A DNA stretch of 64,000 nt, taken from positions 416,001-480,000 of the forward strand of contig OY843768.1 in assembly GCA_963693095.2 (NCBI GenBank). Reading direction: 5' to 3'. Below the pieces are notes generated by a model, which had not been told where the DNA came from, searched no databases, and saw only the letters and a program-made list of their open reading frames with translations. The DNA comes from Cenarchaeum sp. Lineage in GTDB: Archaea > Thermoproteota > Nitrososphaeria > Nitrososphaerales > Nitrosopumilaceae. Made by a program: the position numbers and the translations under genes. Numbering within the stretch: the stretch's first letter is position 1; the number at the start of each line of letters is the position of its first letter. This document shows positions 18,168 through 28,373 of this stretch, piece after piece.

Positions 18168-21100
18168 ATGTCGTTCCAGTCAACAAAGTCAATAGACGGC
18201 ATACGCTTCTCGGTCTGGTCGCCAACGGAGATACGCAAGTACTCTGTGGCCGAGATAACGGCGCCCGAGACATACGACGAGGACGGCATGGCGGTCCAGG
18301 GTGGCCTCATGGACGGCCGGCTCGGGACGCTCGAGCCGGGCCAAAAGTGCCTCACGTGCGGCAACACGAGCGCGCGCTGCCCTGGCCACTTTGGCCACAT
18401 AGAGCTCGCCGAGCCGGTGTTTCACATCGCGTTTATCGACAACATCTACAAGCTCCTCCTCATGACGTGCCGCTCGTGCTCGCGCCTAAAGATACCGCAG
18501 GACCACCTCGACGAGTATGCGCGCGTAAAGGCGCGCGAGGCCGCCTATACGATCGTGTCACAAAAGCACATCCCGGAGAGCATACTCGAAAAGTCCCGCA
18601 AGGCAAAAGAGTGCCCGCATTGCGGAAAGGCCCAGTACGAGCTCATATTCACAAAGCCGACCAACTTTATCGAAAAGACCGAGGCCGGCGAGAACAGGCT
18701 CCTCCCCATGACCATACGCGCGCGCTTTTTCCAGATACCGGACTCTGACCTCAACCTTCTCGGCTATGATCCCGGCACGGCGCGACCCGAGTGGTTTGTC
18801 CTCCAGGCGCTGCCAGTCGCACCCGTGACGGTGCGCCCATCGATAATACTCGAGACCGGAATACGCTCCGAGGACGACCTCACGCACAAGATGGTCGATA
18901 TCATACGCGTAAACCAGCGCCTAAAGGAGAGCAAGGAGGCCGGCACGCCGCCGCTCATTGTGCAGGATCTCGTGGACCTACTCCAGTACCACGCAACGAC
19001 ATACTTTGACAACGAGGTCTCTGGCATCCCGCAGGCCCACCACCGCTCGGGCCGGCCGCTAAAGACGCTCACGCAGAGGCTAAAGGGCAAGGAGGGACGC
19101 TTTAGGGGCTCGCTGTCCGGCAAGCGCGTGGACTTTTCGAGCCGCACGGTCATATCGCCTGACCCAAACCTTGACCTCTCTGAGGTCGGCGTCCCGACAT
19201 ACATCGCGACAAAGCTCACGATACCCGAGATCGTCACCGAGTGGAACATTGCGCGAATCAGGCAGCTCGTCAACAATGGTCCGGACACCTATCCGGGCGT
19301 CAACTATATCGTGCGCCCCGACGGCGTAAAGATACGCCTCGACTTTGTCGAGGATCGCGCCTCGATCGCCGAGTCGATCGAGGTCGGCTATCGCATAGAG
19401 CGCCACCTCCTTGACGGCGACATTGTCATGTTCAACCGGCAGCCCTCGCTGCACCAGATGTCCATAATGGCCCACTATGTCAAGGTCCTCCCCGGCAAGA
19501 CGTTCCGTCTCCACCCGTCTGTCTGCCCGCCCTACAACGCCGACTTTGACGGGGACGAGATGAACCTCCACGTGCCGCAGAGCGAGGAGGCGCGGGCCGA
19601 GGCCATGCTCCTGATGAGGGTCCAGGACCAGATAATATCGCCTAGGTACGGCGGCCCGATAATTGGCGCGCTGCGTGACTTTGTGACCGGCGCGTACCTG
19701 CTCACGCGTGATGAGACGCACCTGTCAGCCGTCGACTTTGCCAACTATGCCATGCTCGGCGGATACGCCAGCGAGCTGCCCAAGCCGGCGACAAAGGGGC
19801 CGGGCGGCGAGCCGCTCTATACGGGCAAGCAGCTCTTTTCGCTCTTTCTTCCGGCCGACTTTAACTATGTCATGACGTCAAAGTGGGCACGCGGAACCTC
19901 TGGCTCAAAGCAGGACATTGTCATAAAGAACGGCGAGCTCATCAGCGGCGTCATCGACAAGGCGTCGATCGGCGCCGAGGAGCCCGAGAGCGTCCTTCAC
20001 AGGATCGCCAAGGACTATAGCAATGTGCAGGCAAAGACGTTCCTCAACTCTATACTCATAATCGCAAAGCAGTTCATAACGCACTATGGGTTCAGCTATG
20101 GCTACTCTGACCTCGAGATGCCCGAAAAGATGCGCGCAAAGATACTCGACAACATCAATGAGAGCTATGACAGGGTGTCAGAGCTCATCATGCAGAAAAA
20201 GCGCGGCACGCTCACCGCCACGCGCGGCCTCTCCGAGGACGCATCCCTTGAGGTCTATATCGTCAACGAGCTCTCAAAGGCGCGTGACAAGGCCGGCGGC
20301 ATCGCAGACCAGGCCTTTGACGAGTCCAACTCTGGGCGCATCATGGCGACAACTGGCGCGCGCGGCTCCTCGCTCAACATAGGCCAGATGGCCGGCGCGC
20401 TGGGCCAGCAGTCGCGCCGTGGCCAGCGCCTCCTCAAGGGGTACGGCGACCGTGCCCTCTCGCACTATCGGCCATATGACGACAATCCGGACTCGCACGG
20501 GTTTGTAAAGTCAAACTACCGTGACGGCCTGTCGGCCCTCGAGTTCTTCTTCCACGCGATGGCCGGACGCGAGGGTCTCGTCGACACGGCCGTGCGCACG
20601 CAGCAGAGCGGCTACATGCAGCGCCGGCTCATCAACGCCCTAGAGCACATACGCCTAGAGTATGACGGGACCGTGAGGGATCCGCACGGCCACATCATAC
20701 AGTTCCTCTACGGCGAGGACGGCATCGATGTCGCAAAGAGTGACCACGGCGAGGCGTTCAACATCGCGAGGCTCATCGAGTCCGAGAGAATAGTCGACAG
20801 CGGCAAAAAGGCCGTGCCTGCCGAGGTCGCCGCCGTGACCAAAAAGTACACGCGAACCTTCAACACAAAGCTAAAGTCAGAGGTCTCCGAGTCGATGGCC
20901 GACTCGGGCATAAGCCTCGATGGGGTCGAAAAGGTCTGCCGCAAGGGCCTTGAGCTCTACAACAGGGCAAAGGTCGAGCCAGGACAGGCCGTCGGCATCG
21001 TCACTGCGCAGTCACTCGGAGAGCCGGGCACGCAGATGACGCTGCGCACGTTCCACTTTGCCGGAATCAGGGAGCGAAACGTCACGCTTGGCCTCCCGCG

Positions 21101-21959
21101 CCTCATAGAGCTCGTCGACGCGCGCAAAAAGCCGACGACGCCGACGATGGACATCTACCTCGAGGACTCGATAAAGGCCGACAAGGACCAGGCCATCGCA
21201 GTCGCAAAGAACGTCCTGCAGACGAGGGTAAAGTCGCTCGTGACGTCGCAGACGGACTATACGACACAGATAACGCTGCGCCTTGATGAGGACATGATGC
21301 GCGAGCGCGACGTGACTGCAGCCGATATCGAGATTGCGCTCTCGTCAAACAAAAAGTTCAAGATTGAGGCGAGCGCCTCGACGATGGTCCTAAAGTTCGT
21401 CGAGGCGACTGACACGCAGGGCGCACTTGCCATACTAGACAAGGTTCGCAACGCGACTGTAAAGGGGGTCCCTGACGTCGAGCGCATCACGCTGATCCAG
21501 AGCGACGGCGAGTGGGTCATCCAGACCACGGGCTCAAACCTCGCCGGCGTCCTCAAGGTCGAGGGGATAAACCGCCGCAAGGTTCGCACAAACAACGTCA
21601 TGGAGATAGCCGAGACGTTGGGAATAGAGGCCGCGCGCAATGCGCTAATCAGCGAGCTCAACTCGACGCTCGAGGACCAGGGTCTCGAGGTGGATGACCG
21701 CTACATCATGCTAGTCGCCGACCTGATGTGCTCGCGCGGTTACATGCAGCAGATAGGGCGCCACGGCGTCGCCGGAACAAAGGACAGCGTCCTTGCGCGC
21801 GCCGCATTTGAGATTACTGTCCCGACGATTGCGCGCGCGGCCCTTGGCGGCGAGGTCGAGCGCCTGCGCGGCGTCACCGAGAATGTCATCGTTGGCAGCA
21901 ACATACCAATTGGAAGCGGAACCGTGGACCTGTACATGCAGGTCTCAAAGAGGCGATAG
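18168..21959 (+). CDS. rpo1: RNA polymerase largest subunit (Rpo1), A' and A'' in one chain
   Basis: YNADFDGDEMN catalytic motif and GEPGTQMTLRTFH in the same ORF; start at ATG 18168. Confidence 0.99.
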   Translation: MSFQSTKSIDGIRFSVWSPTEIRKYSVAEITAPETYDEDGMAVQGGLMDGRLGTLEPGQKCLTCGNTSARCPGHFGHIELAEPVFHIAFIDNIYKLLLMTCRSCSRLKIPQDHLDEYARVKAREAAYTIVSQKHIPESILEKSRKAKECPHCGKAQYELIFTKPTNFIEKTEAGENRLLPMTIRARFFQIPDSDLNLLGYDPGTARPEWFVLQALPVAPVTVRPSIILETGIRSEDDLTHKMVDIIRVNQRLKESKEAGTPPLIVQDLVDLLQYHATTYFDNEVSGIPQAHHRSGRPLKTLTQRLKGKEGRFRGSLSGKRVDFSSRTVISPDPNLDLSEVGVPTYIATKLTIPEIVTEWNIARIRQLVNNGPDTYPGVNYIVRPDGVKIRLDFVEDRASIAESIEVGYRIERHLLDGDIVMFNRQPSLHQMSIMAHYVKVLPGKTFRLHPSVCPPYNADFDGDEMNLHVPQSEEARAEAMLLMRVQDQIISPRYGGPIIGALRDFVTGAYLLTRDETHLSAVDFANYAMLGGYASELPKPATKGPGGEPLYTGKQLFSLFLPADFNYVMTSKWARGTSGSKQDIVIKNGELISGVIDKASIGAEEPESVLHRIAKDYSNVQAKTFLNSILIIAKQFITHYGFSYGYSDLEMPEKMRAKILDNINESYDRVSELIMQKKRGTLTATRGLSEDASLEVYIVNELSKARDKAGGIADQAFDESNSGRIMATTGARGSSLNIGQMAGALGQQSRRGQRLLKGYGDRALSHYRPYDDNPDSHGFVKSNYRDGLSALEFFFHAMAGREGLVDTAVRTQQSGYMQRRLINALEHIRLEYDGTVRDPHGHIIQFLYGEDGIDVAKSDHGEAFNIARLIESERIVDSGKKAVPAEVAAVTKKYTRTFNTKLKSEVSESMADSGISLDGVEKVCRKGLELYNRAKVEPGQAVGIVTAQSLGEPGTQMTLRTFHFAGIRERNVTLGLPRLIELVDARKKPTTPTMDIYLEDSIKADKDQAIAVAKNVLQTRVKSLVTSQTDYTTQITLRLDEDMMRERDVTAADIEIALSSNKKFKIEASASTMVLKFVEATDTQGALAILDKVRNATVKGVPDVERITLIQSDGEWVIQTTGSNLAGVLKVEGINRRKVRTNNVMEIAETLGIEAARNALISELNSTLEDQGLEVDDRYIMLVADLMCSRGYMQQIGRHGVAGTKDSVLARAAFEITVPTIARAALGGEVERLRGVTENVIVGSNIPIGSGTVDLYMQVSKRR

Positions 21960-22005
21960 GTGCCATGGCGCATGGGCTTTTCACTCTGGGGGCAGGTAAC
22001 TAGCG

Positions 22006-22305
22006 ATGGCCACTGCACTCCAAAAGGCGCTAAAAGAGTCGCTAAAGGACAAACAGTGCGCACTGGGCGCGCGCGCCGTTGGCGCGTCGATCGCAAAGAG
22101 CAAGCTGGTCATCGTCTCGACCTCGGCCCCGTCCTCGCTTAACGAGTCTGCCGAGTCAGCCGGCGTGCCAGTCGTGAGCCTGGACTCTACGTCCGTTGAG
22201 CTCGGGCGCCTCTGCGGGCGCCAGCACCGCGTCTCGGCGATCTCTTTCACAAAGCTTGCAGCGGCGAGCGTAAAGGCCATCATGGGGGAGCACTCGCGGG
22301 AATGA
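22006..22305 (+). CDS. rpl30e: Ribosomal protein L30e
   Basis: SVELGRLCGRQHRVSAI; conserved position between rpo1 and nusA. Confidence 0.85.
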   Translation: MATALQKALKESLKDKQCALGARAVGASIAKSKLVIVSTSAPSSLNESAESAGVPVVSLDSTSVELGRLCGRQHRVSAISFTKLAAASVKAIMGEHSRE

Positions 22306-22763
22306 CCGAGATAAGGATCACGCAGGACCAGCTCCGCCTCATGTCTATCTTTGAGGGCAAGACGCACGTTGCGGCCCGCGACTGCGTCGAGGACGAAAAG
22401 CATGACAGGCTAATCTTTGTGGTCGACGAGGGCAAGGTTGCTGCAGCCATCGGCAAGGGGGGCTCGTCGATTCGCGCCGCGCAGAACGCCATGGGACGCA
22501 ACGTCGAGATCGTCGAGTATGCCGACGATCCGGCGCGCTTTGTGGCCAACGTGCTCAACCGCAAGCTCGTCAGCAACGTAAGGATAAATAGGCGCGACGA
22601 TGGCACGCTTGCCGCTACAGTCATGGTGGAACCCGACAAGAAGGCACTTGCGATAGGCCGCGAGGGGCGCAACGCCTCAAAGGCGCGCCTACTGGCGCAG
22701 CGCCACTTTGGGATAACGAGCGTCTCCATAGAGAACGCCGAGGCGGCGATACAGGAGGCATGA
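22302..22763 (+). CDS. nusA: Archaeal NusA
   Basis: Two KH motifs, AIGKGG and AIGREGRN; operon position. Confidence 0.95.
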   Translation: MTEIRITQDQLRLMSIFEGKTHVAARDCVEDEKHDRLIFVVDEGKVAAAIGKGGSSIRAAQNAMGRNVEIVEYADDPARFVANVLNRKLVSNVRINRRDDGTLAATVMVEPDKKALAIGREGRNASKARLLAQRHFGITSVSIENAEAAIQEA

Positions 22764-22770
22764 GGGGATA

Positions 22771-23208
22771 ATGGCAAAGTCTCCACTGGGCCTGTTCGCT
22801 GGCCGCGTAATCCGCACAAAGCGCAAGCGCCAGAGGTGGTCAATATCGACGTACAAGAGGAGGCGCCTTGGCCTTGACCGCAAGGCAAACCCGATGGGCG
22901 GCGCGCCACAGGCCCGTGGGATTGTGCTCGAAAAGGTTGGCGTTGAGGCAAAGCAGCCAAACTCGGCGGTTCGCAAGTGCGTGCGCGTGCAGCTCATAAA
23001 GAACGGCAAGTCAGTGACCGCATTCCTTCCGCGTGACGGCGCGATGAACTTTATCGAGGAGCACGACGAGGTTCACATACAGGGCATGGGCGCAACCCAG
23101 GGAGGGGCCATGGGCGACATTCCCGGCGTGCGATTCAAGGTCTTCAAGGTAAACGACACGTCGCTCCACGAGCTCGTCATCGGCAAAAAGGAGAAGCCAC
23201 GGCGATGA
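22771..23208 (+). CDS. rps12: Ribosomal protein S12
   Basis: [32 protein letters not shown]. Confidence 0.99.
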   Translation: MAKSPLGLFAGRVIRTKRKRQRWSISTYKRRRLGLDRKANPMGGAPQARGIVLEKVGVEAKQPNSAVRKCVRVQLIKNGKSVTAFLPRDGAMNFIEEHDEVHIQGMGATQGGAMGDIPGVRFKVFKVNDTSLHELVIGKKEKPRR

Positions 23209-23810
23209 CGACCAAGGATGCGCCTGAATTTAGGCTCTTTGGCATATGGGACACGTCAGGCGTTGAGATATCTGACAAGAGCCTCGGGCGCGCAATATCG
23301 CTGCGCAACGTTGTCATGCCAGTCACGTACGGCCGCTCTGCGCTAAAGCGCTTCAACAAGGAGGACGCGCACATAGTCGAGCGCCTCGCAAACAAGATGA
23401 TGCACTTTGGCAAAAAATACGCAAAGAACACTGGCCGCATGGCGGGCAAAAAGATGCGCATATTCAACACGATAAAGGCCGCGTTTGCTATAATCGAGCT
23501 AAAGACGGGGCGCAACCCCGTGGAGATTCTCGTGCGCGCAGTCGAGCACTCGGCGCCCAACGAGGACACGACGAGGATCGTCTACGGCGGAACCGTCTAC
23601 CACGTCTCCGTTGACGTCTCGCCGCTACGCCGCGTGGACCTTGCGCTAAAGTTCATCGCCGACGGGGTTCGCGAGAGCTCCTTCTCCAACCCGCGGTCCA
23701 TAGAGGAGTACCTCGCCGACCACCTCGTGCAGGCCGCCGACAACTCGCCAGACGCGCCATCCGTAAAGCGCAAGCACGAGCTTGAGCGCATAGCGCAGGC
23801 TTCGCGATAG
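23205..23810 (+). CDS. rps7: Ribosomal protein S7
   Basis: [33 protein letters not shown]. Confidence 0.98.
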   Translation: MTTKDAPEFRLFGIWDTSGVEISDKSLGRAISLRNVVMPVTYGRSALKRFNKEDAHIVERLANKMMHFGKKYAKNTGRMAGKKMRIFNTIKAAFAIIELKTGRNPVEILVRAVEHSAPNEDTTRIVYGGTVYHVSVDVSPLRRVDLALKFIADGVRESSFSNPRSIEEYLADHLVQAADNSPDAPSVKRKHELERIAQASR

Positions 23811-23892
23811 TCCCGCAGTTGCCGCCGGCATTCTGACGTGGGACAAATGTGTGTCATTGCGCGCATGGCGCACGACCCTATGATGATTGGGG

Positions 23893-24002
23893 TAGCCCGA
23901 GGCAGATTCGAACTGCCGTCCCCGCGTTTCTTCTCTTGAGATCCAGAGCGCGAGATCCATGACCCAGGCGCAATGCCTGATTGGCCGCTAGACTATCGGG
24001 CT
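23893..24002 (-). tRNA. tRNA-Gln(CTG) with two introns
   Basis: Acceptor AGCCCGA/TCGGGCT and T-arm GGCAG-TTCGAAT-CTGCC. Removing 23959-23980 (22 nt, D-arm) and 23928-23942 (15 nt, position 37/38) gives a 73-nt cloverleaf with anticodon CTG. Confidence 0.9.
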
Positions 24003-24060
24003 ATGCGAGAGATGCGCAGGGTGGCGCGTTATAACGATTTGCCGGCTTGTGGGCGTGCCC

Positions 24061-24447
24061 TCACTCCTTTCTGAGGCGGAGCGACGCCGAGTTTATGCAG
24101 TAGCGCAGGCCAGTGGGCGCCGGCCCGTCATCAAAGACGTGCCCGAGGTGCGCGCCACACTGCGAGCAGGAGACCTCTGTGCGCAGCATGCCGTGGCTCG
24201 TGTCCTCGCCGGAGGCGACATGACCCTCGCTTGTGGGCCTGAAAAAGCTTGGCCATCCGGTGCCCGAGTCAAACTTTGCGCCTGACTCAAAGAGGCCCTG
24301 GCCGCAGCACGCGCACGAGTACGTGCCGGCGTCCTTGCAGTCATGGTACTCGCCCGAGAACGGCGGCTCGGTCTGGCCGCCAAAACAGACGGCATGGCGC
24401 TCGGCGTCTAGGCTGCGCCTCTTGGCATCGATCTCTGCGGCGTCCAT
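24061..24447 (-). CDS. msrB: Peptide-methionine (R)-S-oxide reductase
   Basis: [34 protein letters not shown]. Confidence 0.97.
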   Translation of the reverse strand: MDAAEIDAKRRSLDAERHAVCFGGQTEPPFSGEYHDCKDAGTYSCACCGQGLFESGAKFDSGTGWPSFFRPTSEGHVASGEDTSHGMLRTEVSCSQCGAHLGHVFDDGPAPTGLRYCINSASLRLRKE

Positions 24448-24473
24448 GCGCCACCGCGCACGCGTGCGCGTAT

Positions 24474-26105
24474 TTAGGATTTTGCCGCGCGACGGCGCTT
24501 TTGCTCTGCCCTCTTTTCTGCGCCGAGGCGCTCGAGCCTATGGTCCCCCATGTCGGCAAACCTGACAATCCTGGAGAGGACGGGATGCCTTGCCTGAATC
24601 TGCGCGAGCATTGATTGTGCGGCCCTGCGGTAGTCGCCATGGCCCTGCGGCGCTGTGCGCAGCTCGATTAGGTGGCACGCCTCACGCAGGTTTATGCGCA
24701 TAAAATACTGGTAAATGTACGCAAAGTTCACGACATACTGCGCGCGCGCCGCGCTCTGGCGGGCAATTTTGGCGTGCGTTTCCCTGGATGACTCCATGCA
24801 TGCCATGTACTCGCCGGCCATGCCAATGTCGGCAAGCTCTGGGGGCATGTCATAGCCCATGCCGGTTCCCAGCGCCTTTCTCTGCATTGTCATTATGCGG
24901 TGGCGGTGGAGGTCGCGAAACATGCCATAGTTGGTGGCCATCTCAAAAGAGTACTCGGCGAGCTCAAAGGCCCTGGGCGGGCGGTGCCTCCGGTTGCGCC
25001 GCAGCGAGGCGGCTGCGCCGATGATCCTGCCCCTTGCCGCCGCGCCTAGCCCTGATGCCCACCTGGCAAGCTCCGCATGGGACAGCTCAGAGCCCTCGTA
25101 CTCTAGGCCGGCGATCACGCGGCTCAGCGCGCGCGCCTCGCCCTCGCACTCTGTGAGGCGCACGCCGGCCCGCGCGCGGGTGGGCGGCATGCCGGCCCGA
25201 GGCGTGCGGCGCCTAAGCGATCTCAGGTACTTTTGGTGCGCAATGCCGTGCCTGTCACCAGAGCGCCTGACAAACGCGCCCATCGTGGGCTCGAGCTCTT
25301 GCCTTATTGCCTCGCCGAGCTCGCGCTCTTCGCGAAGGCTCGATGCGAGGAGGACGGTTATGAGATACTCAAACGCCCTGCCGTTGCCAGATATGCCGAC
25401 GTTTGTCAGTGTCGATGCCGGCAAGAGGCCGCGCAGCGCGTCGAGCGCCTTTGCCTTTGTCGATCCGCGCCATGCAACCTGTGCGGACGCAATGTCAGAG
25501 CTGTCTGACAGCCTGCCAAACAATACCTCGCGTCCCCTTGCCGAGTCCATGAAAGAAAATCCCTCGATCGGCGTGCGCTCGCGCACAAGGGCAAGCATGG
25601 GCTCTAGTGCGCGCGAGTATGTCTCAAATGCCATGTTGCACGACTCGACGTACGCATCAGCATGCCTCGAGCTCATGATGTCTGGCTCGCGATAAAACAT
25701 GTACTCACCGTTGGACTTTTTGTCCCATGCGACATAGCGCGAGGACTTTTCCAGGTATGACAGGCCAATGCGGCGATCCTCTATGGTCTTTACGGCAATG
25801 TTTGAGACTCCCTCGACTCCGACCTGCGCAAACCCGAGCTCGGCGATCGAGTCATCGCCGTACTCGCCAAGAACCCGAGAGTAAAACTCCTCGCCGCGCG
25901 AGGCGTTGCGCGCAAACTCGTCAAGAAAGACGCGCCTCATGCCCTTGGCAGTCCTGCTATAGCGCGACATTAGCGCACCCCTGTCAACCTGGCGCGGCGT
26001 CGTTATCTCAAAGACGGCACCGTCCGCATTGCTAAAGTGGCCCGCTAGGGCGCGCCGCTCGGCGCGCGTGAGGGCAGCCTTGCCGCGCCGCGGCGCACTA
26101 GCCAT
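24474..26105 (-). CDS. thyX: FAD-dependent thymidylate synthase, long two-domain form
   Basis: [39 protein letters not shown] motifs. Confidence 0.9.
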   Translation of the reverse strand: MASAPRRGKAALTRAERRALAGHFSNADGAVFEITTPRQVDRGALMSRYSRTAKGMRRVFLDEFARNASRGEEFYSRVLGEYGDDSIAELGFAQVGVEGVSNIAVKTIEDRRIGLSYLEKSSRYVAWDKKSNGEYMFYREPDIMSSRHADAYVESCNMAFETYSRALEPMLALVRERTPIEGFSFMDSARGREVLFGRLSDSSDIASAQVAWRGSTKAKALDALRGLLPASTLTNVGISGNGRAFEYLITVLLASSLREERELGEAIRQELEPTMGAFVRRSGDRHGIAHQKYLRSLRRRTPRAGMPPTRARAGVRLTECEGEARALSRVIAGLEYEGSELSHAELARWASGLGAAARGRIIGAAASLRRNRRHRPPRAFELAEYSFEMATNYGMFRDLHRHRIMTMQRKALGTGMGYDMPPELADIGMAGEYMACMESSRETHAKIARQSAARAQYVVNFAYIYQYFMRINLREACHLIELRTAPQGHGDYRRAAQSMLAQIQARHPVLSRIVRFADMGDHRLERLGAEKRAEQKRRRAAKS

Positions 26106-26390
26106 CCACGTCCCTTTTTCCGATCTGTATCAGGTCTGGCGCGTCCTGGTCCTTCATGCCCTTGGCCTGCCACCTCTGCAGGACGGCCTTGAAGGCCTCG
26201 GCGTCCTCCTCGCTCTCGGTGTACATCAGGGCCGTGACCCACCTTCCGGTGCCGGCCTTGCCGCCCACGGAGTTCATCCAAAAGTCGCCGGGGAGCATGT
26301 CCATGGACTTGTTGTCCGGGTTCCTCGCCATGTCTGTCCACCTCTTGGAGACGAACTGCATGACCTGCGCTAGGCCATCCTTGCTCAGCA
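26098..26390 (-). CDS. Hypothetical protein, coupled to thyX
   Basis: [13 protein letters not shown]...; TTTTAAAA box ~25 nt upstream of ATG 26390; stop overlaps the thyX start. Confidence 0.6.
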
Positions 26391-26516
26391 TGGCAGGCGC
26401 CGATACGCCGTAGGATTTTAAAATTGCGCTCCGCACGGCCATGTCAACGCATTCTAACCTAAACTTTAACAAATTTTAACACGGGTGCGGTTATATCCAC
26501 ATGTGGAGACGGGCGC

Positions 26517-27362
26517 ATGAACACACCCGACGCAACGCTCGTTGGAAAGCGCGTCAAGGACATGCACGGCGCGCCCATCGGACACGTTGTGGGAACCATT
26601 ACGGACATCGACGGGACGGTTCAGACGGTAGGCGTGGATCGGGGCTCTGGGGGCCTTGAGCAGATTCCACACCACCAGCTGGTCGTGCAGCCCGAAGTGG
26701 TCATCTACATCCCGATGTGGCGACTCGACTCACAGAGGCTGTTGCGTGAAAAGGAGCTTGCGCTCAGGCGCATAAAGGCCCTCATGTCAATCGTTCGCGA
26801 GAACGACGACATGAAGGAGGATGCCGAGCTCATTCACGACAAGTACAAGGCAAAACTCGCATCCCTTGACGAGCTGCAAGAGCAGATCAGGGCAAAACTC
26901 GAGTTTCGGCTCGCCGAGCTCGATACGCAGCTAAAGAGCGTCAAGACGCTGATATTCGACGCAAAGGTGCAAAACAAGAGCGGAGAGATAACCGACGACG
27001 CATTCGAGTCGGTAAAGAACCACACAAGCCGCCTAGTTGAGCAGATCACCAGGGAGCACGGCCAGATCACCGGCGTGCAGAGGAGAATCACGGACCTCAG
27101 CATAAAGGTGCAAGAGGCCATGGACCCAGAGGTGACCCTGCAGGACTCGGCGACATCGTACCTTGGGGGCGAACCGACGGCCGCAGAAAAGCTGCCCGAG
27201 GCGCCCACTCACAATCCACAACCGGCAGATTCGGGAGAACTGCGACCCACACCCACACCAATGCCTGCCGCCATGCGGCAGGCCGCAGACCAGGGTCCGG
27301 CCAACAGTGGAGAGAGCGTGGCGCCACAATCTAGCTGGCTAGCGCGGATGGAGTCCCAGTGA
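26517..27362 (+). CDS. cdvA: Cell division protein CdvA
   Basis: N-terminal PRC barrel (VGKRVKDMHGAPIGHVVG), IPMWRLDS, long coiled coil, low-complexity tail ending SWLARMESQ. Confidence 0.88.
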   Translation: MNTPDATLVGKRVKDMHGAPIGHVVGTITDIDGTVQTVGVDRGSGGLEQIPHHQLVVQPEVVIYIPMWRLDSQRLLREKELALRRIKALMSIVRENDDMKEDAELIHDKYKAKLASLDELQEQIRAKLEFRLAELDTQLKSVKTLIFDAKVQNKSGEITDDAFESVKNHTSRLVEQITREHGQITGVQRRITDLSIKVQEAMDPEVTLQDSATSYLGGEPTAAEKLPEAPTHNPQPADSGELRPTPTPMPAAMRQAADQGPANSGESVAPQSSWLARMESQ

Positions 27363-27443
27363 CTGGGACTCTGTCCACTTTTTTCTCACGTTCAATAGCA
27401 ACCTTCAAAAACCCTCTTGCGGGCGCGTCGCGCCGATGCGGCC

Positions 27444-27680
27444 TTGAATAACGGCTTTGTGATCGCGATCGTCTTTCTCGCCGTGGGCATAGGGCTCACG
27501 GCCTGGGTCACGGCGTACAAGGACTCTGTGCTGCGCCCCCTCGCCGAGGACCAGCTCGTCCTCATGCAGGCCATGGACTGCGAGGAGCTCGTCACGTATG
27601 CGGCAACAGGCTACTTTTGGTCTGCTGAAAACGGCAAGTGGATTAGGGAGCGCACCGACGCGTGCAAGGCCGGAATCTAG
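27444..27680 (+). CDS. Small membrane-anchored hypothetical protein
   Basis: N-terminal TM helix and two Cys; start uncertain (TTG 27444 or 27417). Confidence 0.6.
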   Translation: MNNGFVIAIVFLAVGIGLTAWVTAYKDSVLRPLAEDQLVLMQAMDCEELVTYAATGYFWSAENGKWIRERTDACKAGI

Positions 27681-27787
27681 GGCACGGGGGGCGCAGTCGT
27701 GCGGGGCGTACAGGAGCCAGTCACGCCCTCCTAAATGGCCGGTGGCACCTTCAGGAATATTAGGCCCCGCGGCACGCTGCGCCCCAG

Positions 27788-28345
27788 ATGCTCCCACGAC
27801 TCGACTCTATACGCCCCGCGCGCCTCAAGCTCCGAATCACGCAAAAAAAGCTCGCCTCGATCGTCGGCGTGAGCACGTCAATGATAAACCAGATAGAGTC
27901 ATCACGCTGCTCGCCGAGCTACGAGACGGCGCGCCGCATATTCGAGGCCCTCGCCTCCCTGGAGTCCAGCAAGTCGGCCCACAGGGCCGGCGAGCTCTGC
28001 AACCACGTCATTGTAAAGATGCGCCCAGATAACACGATGCAGGCGGCGATCATGAAAATGCGCCAGCACTCGATAAGCCAGATACCTGTCTTTGAGGGCA
28101 AGGTTCCAGTCGGCATAATCACCGAGGACGGCATAATGCGCCACATTGCCGACTCGGAGAAGCTCAATCTCCGCAGCGCGCTTGTGCGCGAGGCGATGGA
28201 CGCGCCACCGCCAATCGTGGATCACGAGACGCCGGCCCACGCGCTAGCGCCGCTCATACGCCTGACAAAGTGCATACTCGTCTCGCGCAGGTCATCGATC
28301 ATTGGGATCATGACGGCCTCAGACACGCTAAAGATCGTCGAATAG
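27788..28345 (+). CDS. XRE-HTH plus CBS-pair transcriptional regulator
   Basis: ITQKKLASIVGVSTSMINQIES HTH; ISQIPV...VGIITE and IIGIMTASD CBS motifs. Confidence 0.92.
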   Translation: MLPRLDSIRPARLKLRITQKKLASIVGVSTSMINQIESSRCSPSYETARRIFEALASLESSKSAHRAGELCNHVIVKMRPDNTMQAAIMKMRQHSISQIPVFEGKVPVGIITEDGIMRHIADSEKLNLRSALVREAMDAPPPIVDHETPAHALAPLIRLTKCILVSRRSSIIGIMTASDTLKIVE

Positions 28346-28373
28346 GGCGCAAGCGAATGTAAATCTACATAAG

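Noticed and set aside
18168-21959. Unsplit rpo1 as a novelty; inteins in the polymerase genes
   Set aside because: Unsplit Rpo1 is the known state in Thaumarchaeota. Lengths of Rpo1, Rpo2 and PolB leave no room for inteins.
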